Shown: positions 1 through 10,343, counted from the first letter of the stretch. The stretch: 64,000 bases of DNA from Minisyncoccota bacterium (GCA_041663025.1 JBAZRE010000001.1:71585-135584); one strand, 5' to 3'. Notes: generated from the letters alone by a model not told the origin. Made by a program: numbers and translations.

Positions 1-924
1 GATGCTTTGAGGAGTCGATCCTGCCTCAGCGAGCGCGAGTTCACCCTTAGCACTGGTAAGTGCCGTCTGTGCACTCGTTAGTGTCGTGAGCGCGCTCGCC
101 ACACTCGTGCGCGCGCTGGCTATGTCTGCCTCATAACTCGCCACGTTCGCCGCAGATAGACCTATCTCTCTAGCAAGTACGGCTGCTGCATCATTGAGGA
201 AGGTTCTGACTTGTGTGAGATGTTGAACCGCCTGCGTTGCCGCTGACGACGGATCGCTCGTACTGAAAGATGGTGAAACTACCTGTACATTCCAAGCGGA
301 AAGCATAGGCTCAAGTGCAACACGTTCCTGCACAACCGTATTAACGAGAGTCGCGTCAGGCACTGTGAATGTGAGCTCTGCATCCGAATTGCGCGGATTG
401 ATGAAAAACTGATCTGCGTTGATGTGTACTGCGCTGTCAGAGACGGCATATGCACTCGCTATTGCATTGATGAGTGTGGCTTGAGCTTGTGCGACAGTAC
501 TTCGATCTATCGCGAGTTGTTCCTGGCGTGTGCCAACGGTGAGCGCGTCCAGATTCGCCTGCGCAGCGGCGAGAGTTGCTTCAGCTTGTTGGAGTGCAGC
601 AGATAGATTCCCTGTAGAGAGTGACGCAATGACCGCTCCAGCATTCACATGAGCGCCTAGATTGTAATAAACCTGTGCGATGGTACCCGTGTTTTGAAAG
701 CCGAGAGAGACACTCTTCATAGGCGTCGTGTTCCCTGTTACCGAGACGGTTTGAGTGATCGATCCCTTCGTCACGGTGACGAATTGATAAGTGGATTTCG
801 CGCTCCCGAAGAAATACCACATGCCACCGACGATAAAAATCGCCATGATACTCGCTAGTATCCAATGCGCGAAGAGAAATTTTTTCACTCGGCGCAAGCG
901 GGTGATGACGATAGTTGGTACCAT
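1..924 (-). CDS. Efflux transporter periplasmic adaptor (HlyD / membrane-fusion protein family); N-terminal 308 codons, 3' end runs off the window
   Basis: Own translation of the minus strand from ATG 924..922 down to position 1 gives no stop. The product has an N-terminal TM helix (HWILASIMAIFIVGGMWYFF) followed by an Ala/Gln-rich coiled-coil periplasmic region typical of MFPs. It is absent from the ORF track because no stop falls inside the window. Confidence 0.5.
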   Translation of the reverse strand, partial: MVPTIVITRLRRVKKFLFAHWILASIMAIFIVGGMWYFFGSAKSTYQFVTVTKGSITQTVSVTGNTTPMKSVSLGFQNTGTIAQVYYNLGAHVNAGAVIASLSTGNLSAALQQAEATLAAAQANLDALTVGTRQEQLAIDRSTVAQAQATLINAIASAYAVSDSAVHINADQFFINPRNSDAELTFTVPDATLVNTVVQERVALEPMLSAWNVQVVSPSFSTSDPSSAATQAVQHLTQVRTFLNDAAAVLAREIGLSAANVASYEADIASARTSVASALTTLTSAQTALTSAKGELALAEAGSTPQSI

Positions 925-930
925 AGAAAA

Positions 931-1161
931 TTATTTGGATTTTTTAATAAGTGTTTGTAGTGCACTAAAGTGCTTCGCCATACTCTCAAGCGCAGCGGGT
1001 CGCATTAGGAAAACACTGCCCTGATGAGCGATCACCATAAGCTTCGTTCCCTTAGATAGTTTGAGTGCTTCACGAATATCGGCCGGGATAACAATCTGCC
1101 CTTTCTCTCCAACAGTTGTAACGCCAATAAGCGACTCCTCTTTTTTGTGTCGTGTTGCCAT
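931..1161 (-). CDS. AbrB/MazE/SpoVT-family swapped-hairpin DNA-binding protein (76 aa)
   Basis: Motif VGEKGQIVIPADIREALKL is typical of the AbrB/MazE fold. The gene lies immediately upstream of the MFP gene on the same strand. Confidence 0.55.
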   Translation of the reverse strand: MATRHKKEESLIGVTTVGEKGQIVIPADIREALKLSKGTKLMVIAHQGSVFLMRPAALESMAKHFSALQTLIKKSK

Positions 1162-1215
1162 GTAGGAAATATCCTACACCCGCGCTCGCACGGTGTCAAG
1201 ATGATGAGATGTGAA

Positions 1216-1614
1216 TTATTGAAAAATAATTTTGAAGTTGTACATGCCCATGGCACAGAGTCCTTGCAGGGTACCTTGTGCTTGGTCGGCGGTAAGAGAG
1301 ATCTCCTCAGTACCAGATGGCTTGAGGAATTTTTGATACGAAAGCTTCGGGATGACGAGACTCGCGGAACAATCAAATGTTCCGTTTGTCGTCACCCGCA
1401 CGATGGTGGGGATACCGGCCTTCGCGTTGACCTGTCGCGGTGAGTAACCGCCCTTTGCTGTGATGTCTATGATTTGCTTTCCATCAGTGGTGGTGGCCGT
1501 TGGTGATGTTGCGACAGGACCCGCGCCAGCGTTCGGTCTCGCAGAAACAAGCCACACTGCCCCACCTATGATGAGGGCGCAGAATACGAGCGAGATGAAG
1601 AGTTGTTTATTCAT
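1216..1614 (-). CDS. Secreted cupredoxin-like small protein, last gene of the Cu operon; start set at internal ATG (MNKQLF...)
   Basis: The product has an N-terminal hydrophobic signal/TM segment followed by a beta-rich domain with Cys and a Met-rich CAMGM motif. The upstream part of the track ORF (to 1806) is R/S-rich and overlaps the preceding gene, so it was not used. Confidence 0.45.
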   Translation of the reverse strand: MNKQLFISLVFCALIIGGAVWLVSARPNAGAGPVATSPTATTTDGKQIIDITAKGGYSPRQVNAKAGIPTIVRVTTNGTFDCSASLVIPKLSYQKFLKPSGTEEISLTADQAQGTLQGLCAMGMYNFKIIFQ

Positions 1615-1624
1615 ACTTCTTATA

Positions 1625-2650
1625 TTATACGTTAAAGAGCGGGCTAATAATTCCAGCGGTAGCGAGTGTGTTCGCGAGATTGAAGAGTGCAAGCGCAATG
1701 ACAATGATACCAGCCGTCTTGAAGAAAATCCCCTTCCACGACTTCTGCGCAATGTTGAGCGAGCCAAAGGAGAGCAGTGCGAGAACGGGGAGTGTCCCGA
1801 GAGCAAAGACGGTCATCGTCAACGCCCCTTGCACGAAACTGCCCGTCGAGAGTGAATAGAGCTGCATAGATTGGGTGAATCCGCAGGGCAAGAAGAACGT
1901 CCCGATACCAACCAAGAGCGGCGCGAGATAATGATCTCTTTTGCTCCCACCCACGACTTTCTTAGAAAAACTGGTGGGCAGCGTGAATTGTAGCTTCTTG
2001 GTGAAGTGAAAGACGTCAAGCAAGTTGATGCCGAGAGTGAGCATCACGAGCGCGACGATCCCTCCGAGCACAATGTTTGCGGTTAACCCAAGATGCAGTG
2101 AATTTCCGATAACACCCACAAGACCACCAAGGATAAAGAATCCGCCAAGTCGACCAACATGGAAGAGTGATTGGGTTCGCCACGTGCCACCCTCTCTTGC
2201 CGAGCTCGCAGAGAGCGAGAGGACGAGCCCACCAACAATCGCGAGGCATGAAGAGACCGAGGCAATGAGTCCAATAATAAATGCTGTACCGTAACTCACG
2301 CTTGAACCCGTAATGAGCGAGGTAAGCCCTGCCTTTTGTAAGAGCAGAAATCCTGCGATGAGTACGAGAGCGATCGGGAGCGCATACGCGAAGTCGCCCC
2401 ACCCGGCACTCGATATCGCCTTTTCTACTGAGAGTGTATAGCCATGGGTTCGTATCAGCTCGGTCAATTCTTGCGCAACTTCTTCAGGCGAACCATCAAA
2501 TTCACCGGTCACCGTCACTTGGCTGTTCGCTAGAGACACCTCCGCATTCTCAATGTGCGGGAGCTCCGTAAAGGTGTCTTCTATAAGAACCGTGCACGCC
2601 TTGCAGTGCATGCCGTTCACATAGAAAAGATGCGTTGTTTTATTGTTCAT
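1625..2650 (-). CDS. HMA (GMHCxxC) metal-binding domain fused to a polytopic CcdA/DsbD_2-like membrane domain; putative metal/thiol transporter
   Basis: The N-terminus carries GMHCKAC. At least six TM helices follow, with Cys in TM segments (SSCLA, LPCG). The start codon overlaps the copA stop. Confidence 0.6.
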   Translation of the reverse strand: MNNKTTHLFYVNGMHCKACTVLIEDTFTELPHIENAEVSLANSQVTVTGEFDGSPEEVAQELTELIRTHGYTLSVEKAISSAGWGDFAYALPIALVLIAGFLLLQKAGLTSLITGSSVSYGTAFIIGLIASVSSCLAIVGGLVLSLSASSAREGGTWRTQSLFHVGRLGGFFILGGLVGVIGNSLHLGLTANIVLGGIVALVMLTLGINLLDVFHFTKKLQFTLPTSFSKKVVGGSKRDHYLAPLLVGIGTFFLPCGFTQSMQLYSLSTGSFVQGALTMTVFALGTLPVLALLSFGSLNIAQKSWKGIFFKTAGIIVIALALFNLANTLATAGIISPLFNV

Positions 2651-4878
2651 AGATTTTTTGTTTTAAGGCGCAATGAATTAGAGACGACCGAAACACTCGA
2701 GAGCGCCATCGCGAGTCCTGCGAAAACTGGGTTCAAGAGTATCCCGAAGAATGGATACAGCAGGCCACTCGCCACCGGGATGCCGACGATATTATACGCG
2801 AACGCCCAGAATAGATTCTGCTTGATGCCGCGCATCGTGAATTTGGAGAGGCGAATTGCCTTCACCATCTTGCTGATGTCGCCATTCAAGAGTGTGATGC
2901 CTGCACTCTCTATTGCCACATCAGTGCCCGTTGCCATCGCGATGCCCACATCTGCCTGCGCGAGCGCCGGTGCATCATTGATACCATCGCCTGCCATAGC
3001 GACGATGTGACTTTGTGATTGGAGCTCTTTGATTTTGTTCAATTTGTCTTCTGGCATTACCTCAGCGACAATTTCATCTATTCCCGCCTGCTCCGCGATA
3101 TACTGTGCCGTTTGTGCATTATCGCCCGTGAGCATGACAACGCGGATGCCGAGCTTATGGAGATTCGCGACTGCCTCCTTTGCTTCTGGCTTTATCGCGT
3201 CAGCCACCATCGCGACAGCAAGTGTCTTCCCATTCGCAATGAGGATAACCGGTGTCTTCCCCTCAGAGGTGTCTTTATCTAGTGACTCAAAAGATGCTCC
3301 AAGTTCTCTCGCAAGTTTTTCGCTGCCAACGTGATATGTCACACCGCCTATTGCCCCGACAACTCCTTTACCTTTCAGCATTTCAAACCCCTCTACCGGC
3401 ATAAACGGAATATTCTTCTCATGAGCATACGAGACAATCGCGTGAGCTATTGGGTGCTCCGATTTGTTATCAAGTGACGCGAGAATTGAGGTGATATCAG
3501 CATCGCTCTTTTCAGAAAAATTCTTTAGTGACACCAACTCCGGTTTCCCTCTTGTTATCGTACCTGTTTTATCAACTACGACTGTGGTTACTTTGTGCAA
3601 TTTTTCAAGTGTGCTCGCATCCTTGATGAGAATACCTTCTTTTGCACCTTTTCCGACACCGACAATAATCGCGGTTGGCGTTGCGAGCCCTAGCGCGCAA
3701 GGGCATGCAATGACCAGCACTCCGACAAACGAGACGAGCCCGAGCGAGAGCGCCTGTGCGAATCCGAGATATGCCGCCCCAACAAAAATCCAGAGCCCAA
3801 GTGAGGCAAAGGCTATGACGAGCACAATCGGCACAAAGACGCTCGAGATCTTATCCGCAAGCGCCTGGATGGGTGCCTTGCTCCCTTGTGCATCTTCAAC
3901 CATTTGAATGATGTGCGCGAGCAGAGTCTCAGAGCCGACCTTCGTTGCCTTGAAGGTGAACGAACCGGTGGTGTTCAGTGTCCCTGCCACGACCTTATCG
4001 CCAACATTCTTCTCTACCGGCACCGGCTCACCAGAGATCATCGCTTCATCTATATAAGATGATCCCTCGGTGATAACGCCATCCACGGGGATTCTGCCGG
4101 CGGGCTTCACGATGATGAGCTCACCATGCACCACTTGCTCTATGGGGATCTCTATCTCGACACCATCGCGAATCACGAGCGCAGTCTTCGCCTGCAAATT
4201 AAGCAATTTTTCAATTGCATCGCCAGTCTTCAACTTCGCCCTCGCCTCAAGATATTTACCGAGCGAGATAAACGCGATGACGACGATCGCCACATCGAAG
4301 TAGGCGACCTCAACATTCACATACGCGCTCAATTGCTCGGCAAATACCGTGACGGCTGTGCTGTAGAGAAACGCCGCGGAGGTACCGATGCCTATGAGTG
4401 TGTCCATGTTCGCCTTGCCATAGCGCACAAATCGGTAGAAGCCGAGTAAATAGGGCTTGCCAACGAAGAAGAGCGCGTAGGCCGCCATAACTGCCAAGAG
4501 ATAACGGAGGAAACCGCTCACTGCCTCTGGAGCAGCAACCACGCGATTGAATTCTACGAGAATATCCCACGACATGATGAAGATGGCGATGACCGCCATC
4601 GGCATGATGGTGAAGATCTTCGTCTTCATTACAGCGAGCTCGGCAAGTTTCTCGCCCTTAGATTGATTCGTAACAAATGAATAGCCGAGTGGTTCTATAT
4701 TTTTAGAAAGTTGTTGTGAGTTCGTTTTTGTTTCATCAAAAACTACTTTTGCCGATTCATTTCCATAATTCACTTGCACCTCCTCAACTCCAACAACTTT
4801 CTTTAAAGACTTTTCAATGATGTGTGCACAGGAGGCACAATGCATGCCGCGAATCCGATAGGTTTGTGTGGTATTCAT
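2647..4878 (-). CDS. copA: Copper-translocating P1B-type ATPase
   Basis: The product carries an N-terminal HMA motif GMHCASCA, the CPC ion-transduction motif, the DKTGT phosphorylation site and GDGINDAP. Length is 743 aa. Confidence 0.95.
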   Translation of the reverse strand: MNTTQTYRIRGMHCASCAHIIEKSLKKVVGVEEVQVNYGNESAKVVFDETKTNSQQLSKNIEPLGYSFVTNQSKGEKLAELAVMKTKIFTIMPMAVIAIFIMSWDILVEFNRVVAAPEAVSGFLRYLLAVMAAYALFFVGKPYLLGFYRFVRYGKANMDTLIGIGTSAAFLYSTAVTVFAEQLSAYVNVEVAYFDVAIVVIAFISLGKYLEARAKLKTGDAIEKLLNLQAKTALVIRDGVEIEIPIEQVVHGELIIVKPAGRIPVDGVITEGSSYIDEAMISGEPVPVEKNVGDKVVAGTLNTTGSFTFKATKVGSETLLAHIIQMVEDAQGSKAPIQALADKISSVFVPIVLVIAFASLGLWIFVGAAYLGFAQALSLGLVSFVGVLVIACPCALGLATPTAIIVGVGKGAKEGILIKDASTLEKLHKVTTVVVDKTGTITRGKPELVSLKNFSEKSDADITSILASLDNKSEHPIAHAIVSYAHEKNIPFMPVEGFEMLKGKGVVGAIGGVTYHVGSEKLARELGASFESLDKDTSEGKTPVILIANGKTLAVAMVADAIKPEAKEAVANLHKLGIRVVMLTGDNAQTAQYIAEQAGIDEIVAEVMPEDKLNKIKELQSQSHIVAMAGDGINDAPALAQADVGIAMATGTDVAIESAGITLLNGDISKMVKAIRLSKFTMRGIKQNLFWAFAYNIVGIPVASGLLYPFFGILLNPVFAGLAMALSSVSVVSNSLRLKTKNL

Positions 4879-4884
4879 AAAAAA

Positions 4885-5148
4885 TTATTTACGCTTCAGG
4901 CGATATACCTTGAGTATCTCACCTATCGCGGTGCGCTCCTTCCCCTTCTTAATCTGGTGCACCACGCAGGTTCCAAGATGCTGCTCCATGAGAGCATCTT
5001 CAATACCACAGAGTGCCTGCTTCACCGCAGAGGTCTGCGTGATGACATCAATACAATAAGAATCCTTCTCGAGCATCTCCTGCAATCCACGTACCTGCCC
5101 CTCTACGATCTTCAATCGCCGAATCAATTTTGCTTTATTTTGTTTCAT
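4885..5148 (-). CDS. csoR: CsoR/RcnR-family copper-sensing repressor; start set at ATG 5148 rather than the upstream TTG
   Basis: Signature LIRRLKIVEGQVRGLQEML plus a Cys...His...Cys metal site. The ATG at 5148..5146 sits directly behind the -10 element and operator. The TTG-extended ORF would include the operator, so it was rejected. Confidence 0.85.
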   Translation of the reverse strand: MKQNKAKLIRRLKIVEGQVRGLQEMLEKDSYCIDVITQTSAVKQALCGIEDALMEQHLGTCVVHQIKKGKERTAIGEILKVYRLKRK

Positions 5149-5154
5149 CCGCCC

Positions 5155-5184
5155 ATGATACCCCCCAGGGGTATCATCCGTCAA
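5155..5184 (-). promoter_or_regulatory. Putative sigma70-type promoter of the csoR-copA operon (TTGACG-N18-TATCAT); likely leaderless transcript
   Basis: Minus-strand -35 at 5184..5179 and -10 at 5160..5155. The predicted TSS falls at about the A of the csoR ATG (5148). Confidence 0.4.
5157..5175. promoter_or_regulatory. CsoR operator: perfect inverted repeat GATACCCC-cca-GGGGTATC
   Basis: An 8 bp perfect palindrome of the TACCC/GGGTA type, as bound by CsoR-family repressors. It overlaps the -10 element and is immediately upstream of csoR. Confidence 0.6.
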
Positions 5185-5190
5185 GCCGTC

Positions 5191-5218
5191 TACTTGTGAA
5201 CAACAGAAAACCGCCTTC
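5191..5218 (-). terminator. Intrinsic terminator after tRNA-fMet (hairpin CCGCC-agaa-GGCGG followed by a U-run)
   Basis: Plus-strand sequence aaaaccgccttctggcggtttt; on the minus strand the hairpin is followed by UUUUCUGUUG. Confidence 0.5.
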
Positions 5219-5238
5219 TGGCGGTTTTCTGTATTACG

Positions 5239-5523
5239 TGGTTGCGGGGGTCGGAATTGAACCGACGTCTGGAGGTTATGCTTACCACTACAATTTTCAT
5301 TGCCCTTTGGTTTGTGGTCTGGACTATGCCTTCATCCGCCAACTGGTGGATGTCTACCGTCTAGTCTCTACACCTTTTCCGCCGAAAGCGGAACTTGGCT
5401 CGGTGTTGCCTTTTGCTATTCGCAAGAGGGGTTCGCCGAATTTGGCAGATGATCTTATGCGCAATTGCTCGCGCACACGCCCGAATACTCAAGCCTCCCG
5501 AGGTACCTCTCCTCTACCCCGCT
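5239..5523 (-). tRNA. Initiator tRNA-fMet(CAU) interrupted by a 211 nt group I intron in the anticodon loop
   Basis: The 5' exon (5523..5492) and 3' exon (5280..5239, CCA encoded) fold as a canonical cloverleaf. Initiator hallmarks are present: A11:U24, unpaired 1:72, anticodon loop CUCAUAA. The 3' half is nearly identical to E. coli tRNA-fMet. Confidence 0.75.
5281..5491 (-). ncRNA. Group I intron (no ORF) inserted after U33 of tRNA-fMet
   Basis: The intron follows an exon U and ends with G (omega-G). P1 can form from exon GCU plus intron UGA paired with the IGS UCGGGC, giving a splice-site U:G wobble. R/S-like elements GAGACUAG and CAUAGUCC could form P7. Confidence 0.6.
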
Positions 5524-5528
5524 CCTAT

Positions 5529-5557
5529 AGTTTACTCTTCTGTAATGGAATTGGCTA
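5529..5557 (-). promoter_or_regulatory. Possible promoter of tRNA-fMet (TAGCCA-N17-TAAACT)
   Basis: The -10 TAAACT ends 6 nt before tRNA position 1. The -35 overlaps the stop codon of the upstream gene. Confidence 0.3.
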
Positions 5558-6133
5558 GATGGCCTTCAATTCACGGAAAACATTCTCGTAGTGCGCAATG
5601 GTGCGGCGCGCAAGAGTTTCAGAGAGATCAAAGGCGGATCCTTGGTGTGCAATCTGATTGCGCACCTTGTGCGCCTCCCACGCTTCTTGAAGTGTTTTAA
5701 ACTCTGTTGGCTCAACACTCTTCAATTTCTCGCCAACACCGTCACCTACATATCCATTTTTTGTAAGCAGGTCGTCGAGCATGATATCTGCCTCAATGAT
5801 TGCGTCTCGCCACTCGCTTGTAGTCGCACCGTTAATAAGCGACTCGATATGTTGCCAGCGCAGATTTGTTCCACCAATAGCATCAGGCGCGAGAATGACC
5901 GTGCTGTAATACTTTTCTTCACGCGCACGCAATTCGAAGATCCGTATGGTGCAATACACAATAATAAAGAGCCCAATAACTGCGAGCGCGTAACCGATGA
6001 TGACGATCCAGATCCAAAGATGTGCGAGCCACGCTGAGAGTCCAGTTAGTCCTGGCGACCCATAACACGTGCCACGTAGACAATCGTAAAGGAGACGGTA
6101 CCAGAATTCGACATTGAGCTGATTCGCCGGCAT
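5555..6133 (-). CDS. Hypothetical membrane-anchored protein with C-terminal HEPN-like Rx4H motifs (VRNQIAH, RRTIAH)
   Basis: The product has a 32-residue hydrophobic segment (1-2 TM) followed by an alpha-helical C-terminal domain ending in RN-x3-H, as in HepT/Abi HEPN RNases. No partner gene is present. Confidence 0.5.
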   Translation of the reverse strand: MPANQLNVEFWYRLLYDCLRGTCYGSPGLTGLSAWLAHLWIWIVIIGYALAVIGLFIIVYCTIRIFELRAREEKYYSTVILAPDAIGGTNLRWQHIESLINGATTSEWRDAIIEADIMLDDLLTKNGYVGDGVGEKLKSVEPTEFKTLQEAWEAHKVRNQIAHQGSAFDLSETLARRTIAHYENVFRELKAI

Positions 6134-6139
6134 GTGCGT

Positions 6140-7558
6140 TTATTGTAGCGCGGATCCGGCAGTGAAAAGCGAGTTTTCCGCCTGGTGCGGGGCGGTGATG
6201 TGAATGCCAACCGGGAGCTGCTTCCCTTCCCTTTCTACCGTGCCCATCGGGACAGAGATCGCCGGCATGCCAGTAAGATTTGCAGTCACGGTGAAGATAT
6301 CTTCAAGATACATTGAGAGCGGATCATTCTTATCGCCAAACTTGAATGCTGGAGATGGCGTTGTTGGGAAAGCGATGACATCGCATGATTCAAACGCTTT
6401 TTCGTATTCGCGACGCAACACAGCGCGTGCCGTGTCCGCTTTATAGTAATACGCATCAATATAACCAGAAGAGAGCACGAACGTGCCTAGCAAGATACGT
6501 CGACGCGTTTCTTCACCAAAGCCCTCGGTGCGCGAATTAATATAATCATCAAGGAGAGTCTCCCCACGCGCCGCATGCCCGTAGCGCATGCCATCGAGTC
6601 GTGCGAGATTTGTTGAGACTTCTGCAGGCATGATGACGTAGTATGCCGCGAGCGCAGTGGTGCTCATGGGCAGTTTGATCTCTATAATCTCATGCCCTGC
6701 TTGTGTAAGTTTATCGAGCACCGTATCGAATGCGGCGAGCACATCTTTATCAACGCCCTCGCCAAGTAGATGATAAGGAACTCCTATACGAAGGTGTTTG
6801 GAGATTTTATGCACACCATACAATCCATTTGGAATGGTTGTGGAGTCGAGTGCATCTTTACCGCTAATTGCATCATGGATAATGCGCGCATCAGTAATCG
6901 ATTTAGCCAAAGGACCGATTTGATCAAGCGAGGAGCCCATCGCAATAAGTCCATAGCGCGAGACTGCACCATACGTTGGTTTAAGACCAACAATACCGCA
7001 ATGAGCTGCCGGCTGACGTACTGAACCACCCGTATCACTGCCCAGAGCTGCAATACAAAGATGTGCGGCCACTGCAGCGGCAGAGCCTCCCGAAGAGCCG
7101 CCTGGCACACGCGAAATATCATGTGGATTTTTCGTTGGGCCGAAGGCCGAATGTTCGGTTGATGAACCCATCGCAAACTCGTCCATGTTGGTACGACCGA
7201 GAAATAATGCGCCGGCTTCTTTTAATTTTTTAATAACCGTTGCGTCATAGGTCGCGCGATAATTCTCAAGCATCTTAGACGCGGCGCTCGCAATCTTCCC
7301 TTCTATCAGAATGTTGTCTTTAATTGCGAGCGGAATGCCGCAAAGAAGTTGGGCTGATTCGCCTTCAGTATCAATGCGTTTTTGCGCTGATTCAATAGCC
7401 GCATCATCTGCTTCAAAAATTTCAAGATATGCGTGCAGTTCTGGATTCTTCTCGTGCGCGGCAGCCGCGCACGCATCCCAGAGCTCACGTACTGAGCATT
7501 CCCGCGCGCGGAGCGCGCGGGCAGCTTCTACGATCGTCATTTCATTTAATTTAGTCAT
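6140..7558 (-). CDS. gatA: Glu/Asp-tRNA amidotransferase subunit A (amidase signature family)
   Basis: Amidase signature GGSSGGSAAAVAA and a Ser-cisSer-Lys context. The start was set at MTKLNEMTIVEAARAL so that it overlaps the gatC stop by 8 nt. Confidence 0.9.
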   Translation of the reverse strand: MTKLNEMTIVEAARALRARECSVRELWDACAAAAHEKNPELHAYLEIFEADDAAIESAQKRIDTEGESAQLLCGIPLAIKDNILIEGKIASAASKMLENYRATYDATVIKKLKEAGALFLGRTNMDEFAMGSSTEHSAFGPTKNPHDISRVPGGSSGGSAAAVAAHLCIAALGSDTGGSVRQPAAHCGIVGLKPTYGAVSRYGLIAMGSSLDQIGPLAKSITDARIIHDAISGKDALDSTTIPNGLYGVHKISKHLRIGVPYHLLGEGVDKDVLAAFDTVLDKLTQAGHEIIEIKLPMSTTALAAYYVIMPAEVSTNLARLDGMRYGHAARGETLLDDYINSRTEGFGEETRRRILLGTFVLSSGYIDAYYYKADTARAVLRREYEKAFESCDVIAFPTTPSPAFKFGDKNDPLSMYLEDIFTVTANLTGMPAISVPMGTVEREGKQLPVGIHITAPHQAENSLFTAGSALQ

Positions 7559-7844
7559 GCTGGATGATCTGTTTGACCGAGAGTGCGTCGCCTTCGCGCG
7601 AGGGAAACTGCTCAGCAAGCTTCTCAGTGTAGGCATGTGCTTGGTGTGGCTCGCCATCCACACGCATCACATTGCGTAATACAGGAGGCAGGATGCAGGA
7701 TGCAGGATGCAGGTCTAGCGTCTCGAGTTGTCCGATATACGAGAGTATCGCGTCAAATTCGTTCGTGAATTTCTCGAGTTCTGTATCCTCCACTCGTATC
7801 CGCGCGAGCGCTGCGAGCTTTTTAACGTCTTCTGTCGTCGCCAT
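7551..7844 (-). CDS. gatC: Glu/Asp-tRNA amidotransferase subunit C
   Basis: 97 aa, beginning MATTEDVKKLAALARIRVEDTELEKFTNEFDAILSYIGQL, typical of GatC. It is translationally coupled to gatA. Confidence 0.85.
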   Translation of the reverse strand: MATTEDVKKLAALARIRVEDTELEKFTNEFDAILSYIGQLETLDLHPASCILPPVLRNVMRVDGEPHQAHAYTEKLAEQFPSREGDALSVKQIIQHD

Positions 7845-7857
7845 TCTATGCACTTTA

Positions 7858-9876
<2,019 letters not shown>

Positions 9877-9881
9877 TTATT

Positions 9882-10343
9882 TCAGTACACGGAGCTGATA
9901 CCGCGTGATACGAAGCGCGCTCCACCAGGAGTCTCCACCGTGCCACACGGAACATCATATCCTTGTGAGAACATGTAGGTCGTCCCTGAAACATTTTTAT
10001 AGATTGTTATGTCTGCGCAACGAGCACCGTCACCAAGTGACAACCGTGATTTATAAATGACGTTTGACGCATCAGTGCTACTGGCGATTCCAAACTGACT
10101 ACCACCACAGAATAATTCCATCCCTCCACCAGATTTAAAACGATCACTCACATAGTCTTCATAGAGTGCACACTCAATACCGGCATCGGCAGCATAAAAT
10201 GCCTGTTGCGATTCGATAGCCGCAGAGGCGAGCAGTTGCTGTTTATACCCAAGCGAGCTAATCGAGAGACCGAGTGCCAGCATAACTGACATAAAAATGA
10301 CGGAAATCAGAAGTGCAAACCCTCTGTTATGTTTGTTTTTCAT
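9882..10343 (-). CDS. Minor pseudopilin (prepilin-type N-terminus RG|FALLISV, no Glu5)
   Basis: A class III signal-like N-terminus followed by a hydrophobic helix. First gene of a run of four pseudopilin genes. Confidence 0.55.
   Translation of the reverse strand: MKNKHNRGFALLISVIFMSVMLALGLSISSLGYKQQLLASAAIESQQAFYAADAGIECALYEDYVSDRFKSGGGMELFCGGSQFGIASSTDASNVIYKSRLSLGDGARCADITIYKNVSGTTYMFSQGYDVPCGTVETPGGARFVSRGISSVY

Noticed and set aside
2016-4570. Numerous antisense or overlapping track ORFs inside copA and other long genes
   Set aside because: They lie opposite or out of frame to strongly supported genes with clear motifs, and lack start context.
4885-5184. csoR start at the upstream TTG (5184), as in the ORF track
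   Set aside because: That extension would translate through the operator palindrome and the -10 element. The ATG at 5148 directly follows the promoter.
5238-5525. A roughly 290 nt RNA with a tRNA-like 3' end, first read as a tmRNA (ssrA)
   Set aside because: No GGAUUCGAC-type tRNA-like 5' domain was found. No plausible tag ORF ending in a hydrophobic residue plus stop could be located. The ends instead join perfectly into a tRNA-fMet cloverleaf with a group I intron between them.
5130-5700. Plus-strand track ORFs 5130..5558 and 5395..5700
   Set aside because: They overlap the tRNA-fMet and intron, give low-complexity translations and have no SD; they were judged spurious.
7672-7712. Tandem cctgcat x3 and the GCAGGA tandems, considered as a possible CRISPR or mini-array
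   Set aside because: The units are 7 nt with no spacers. The gatC copy is in-frame coding sequence of normal length. No CRISPR array was seen anywhere in the window.
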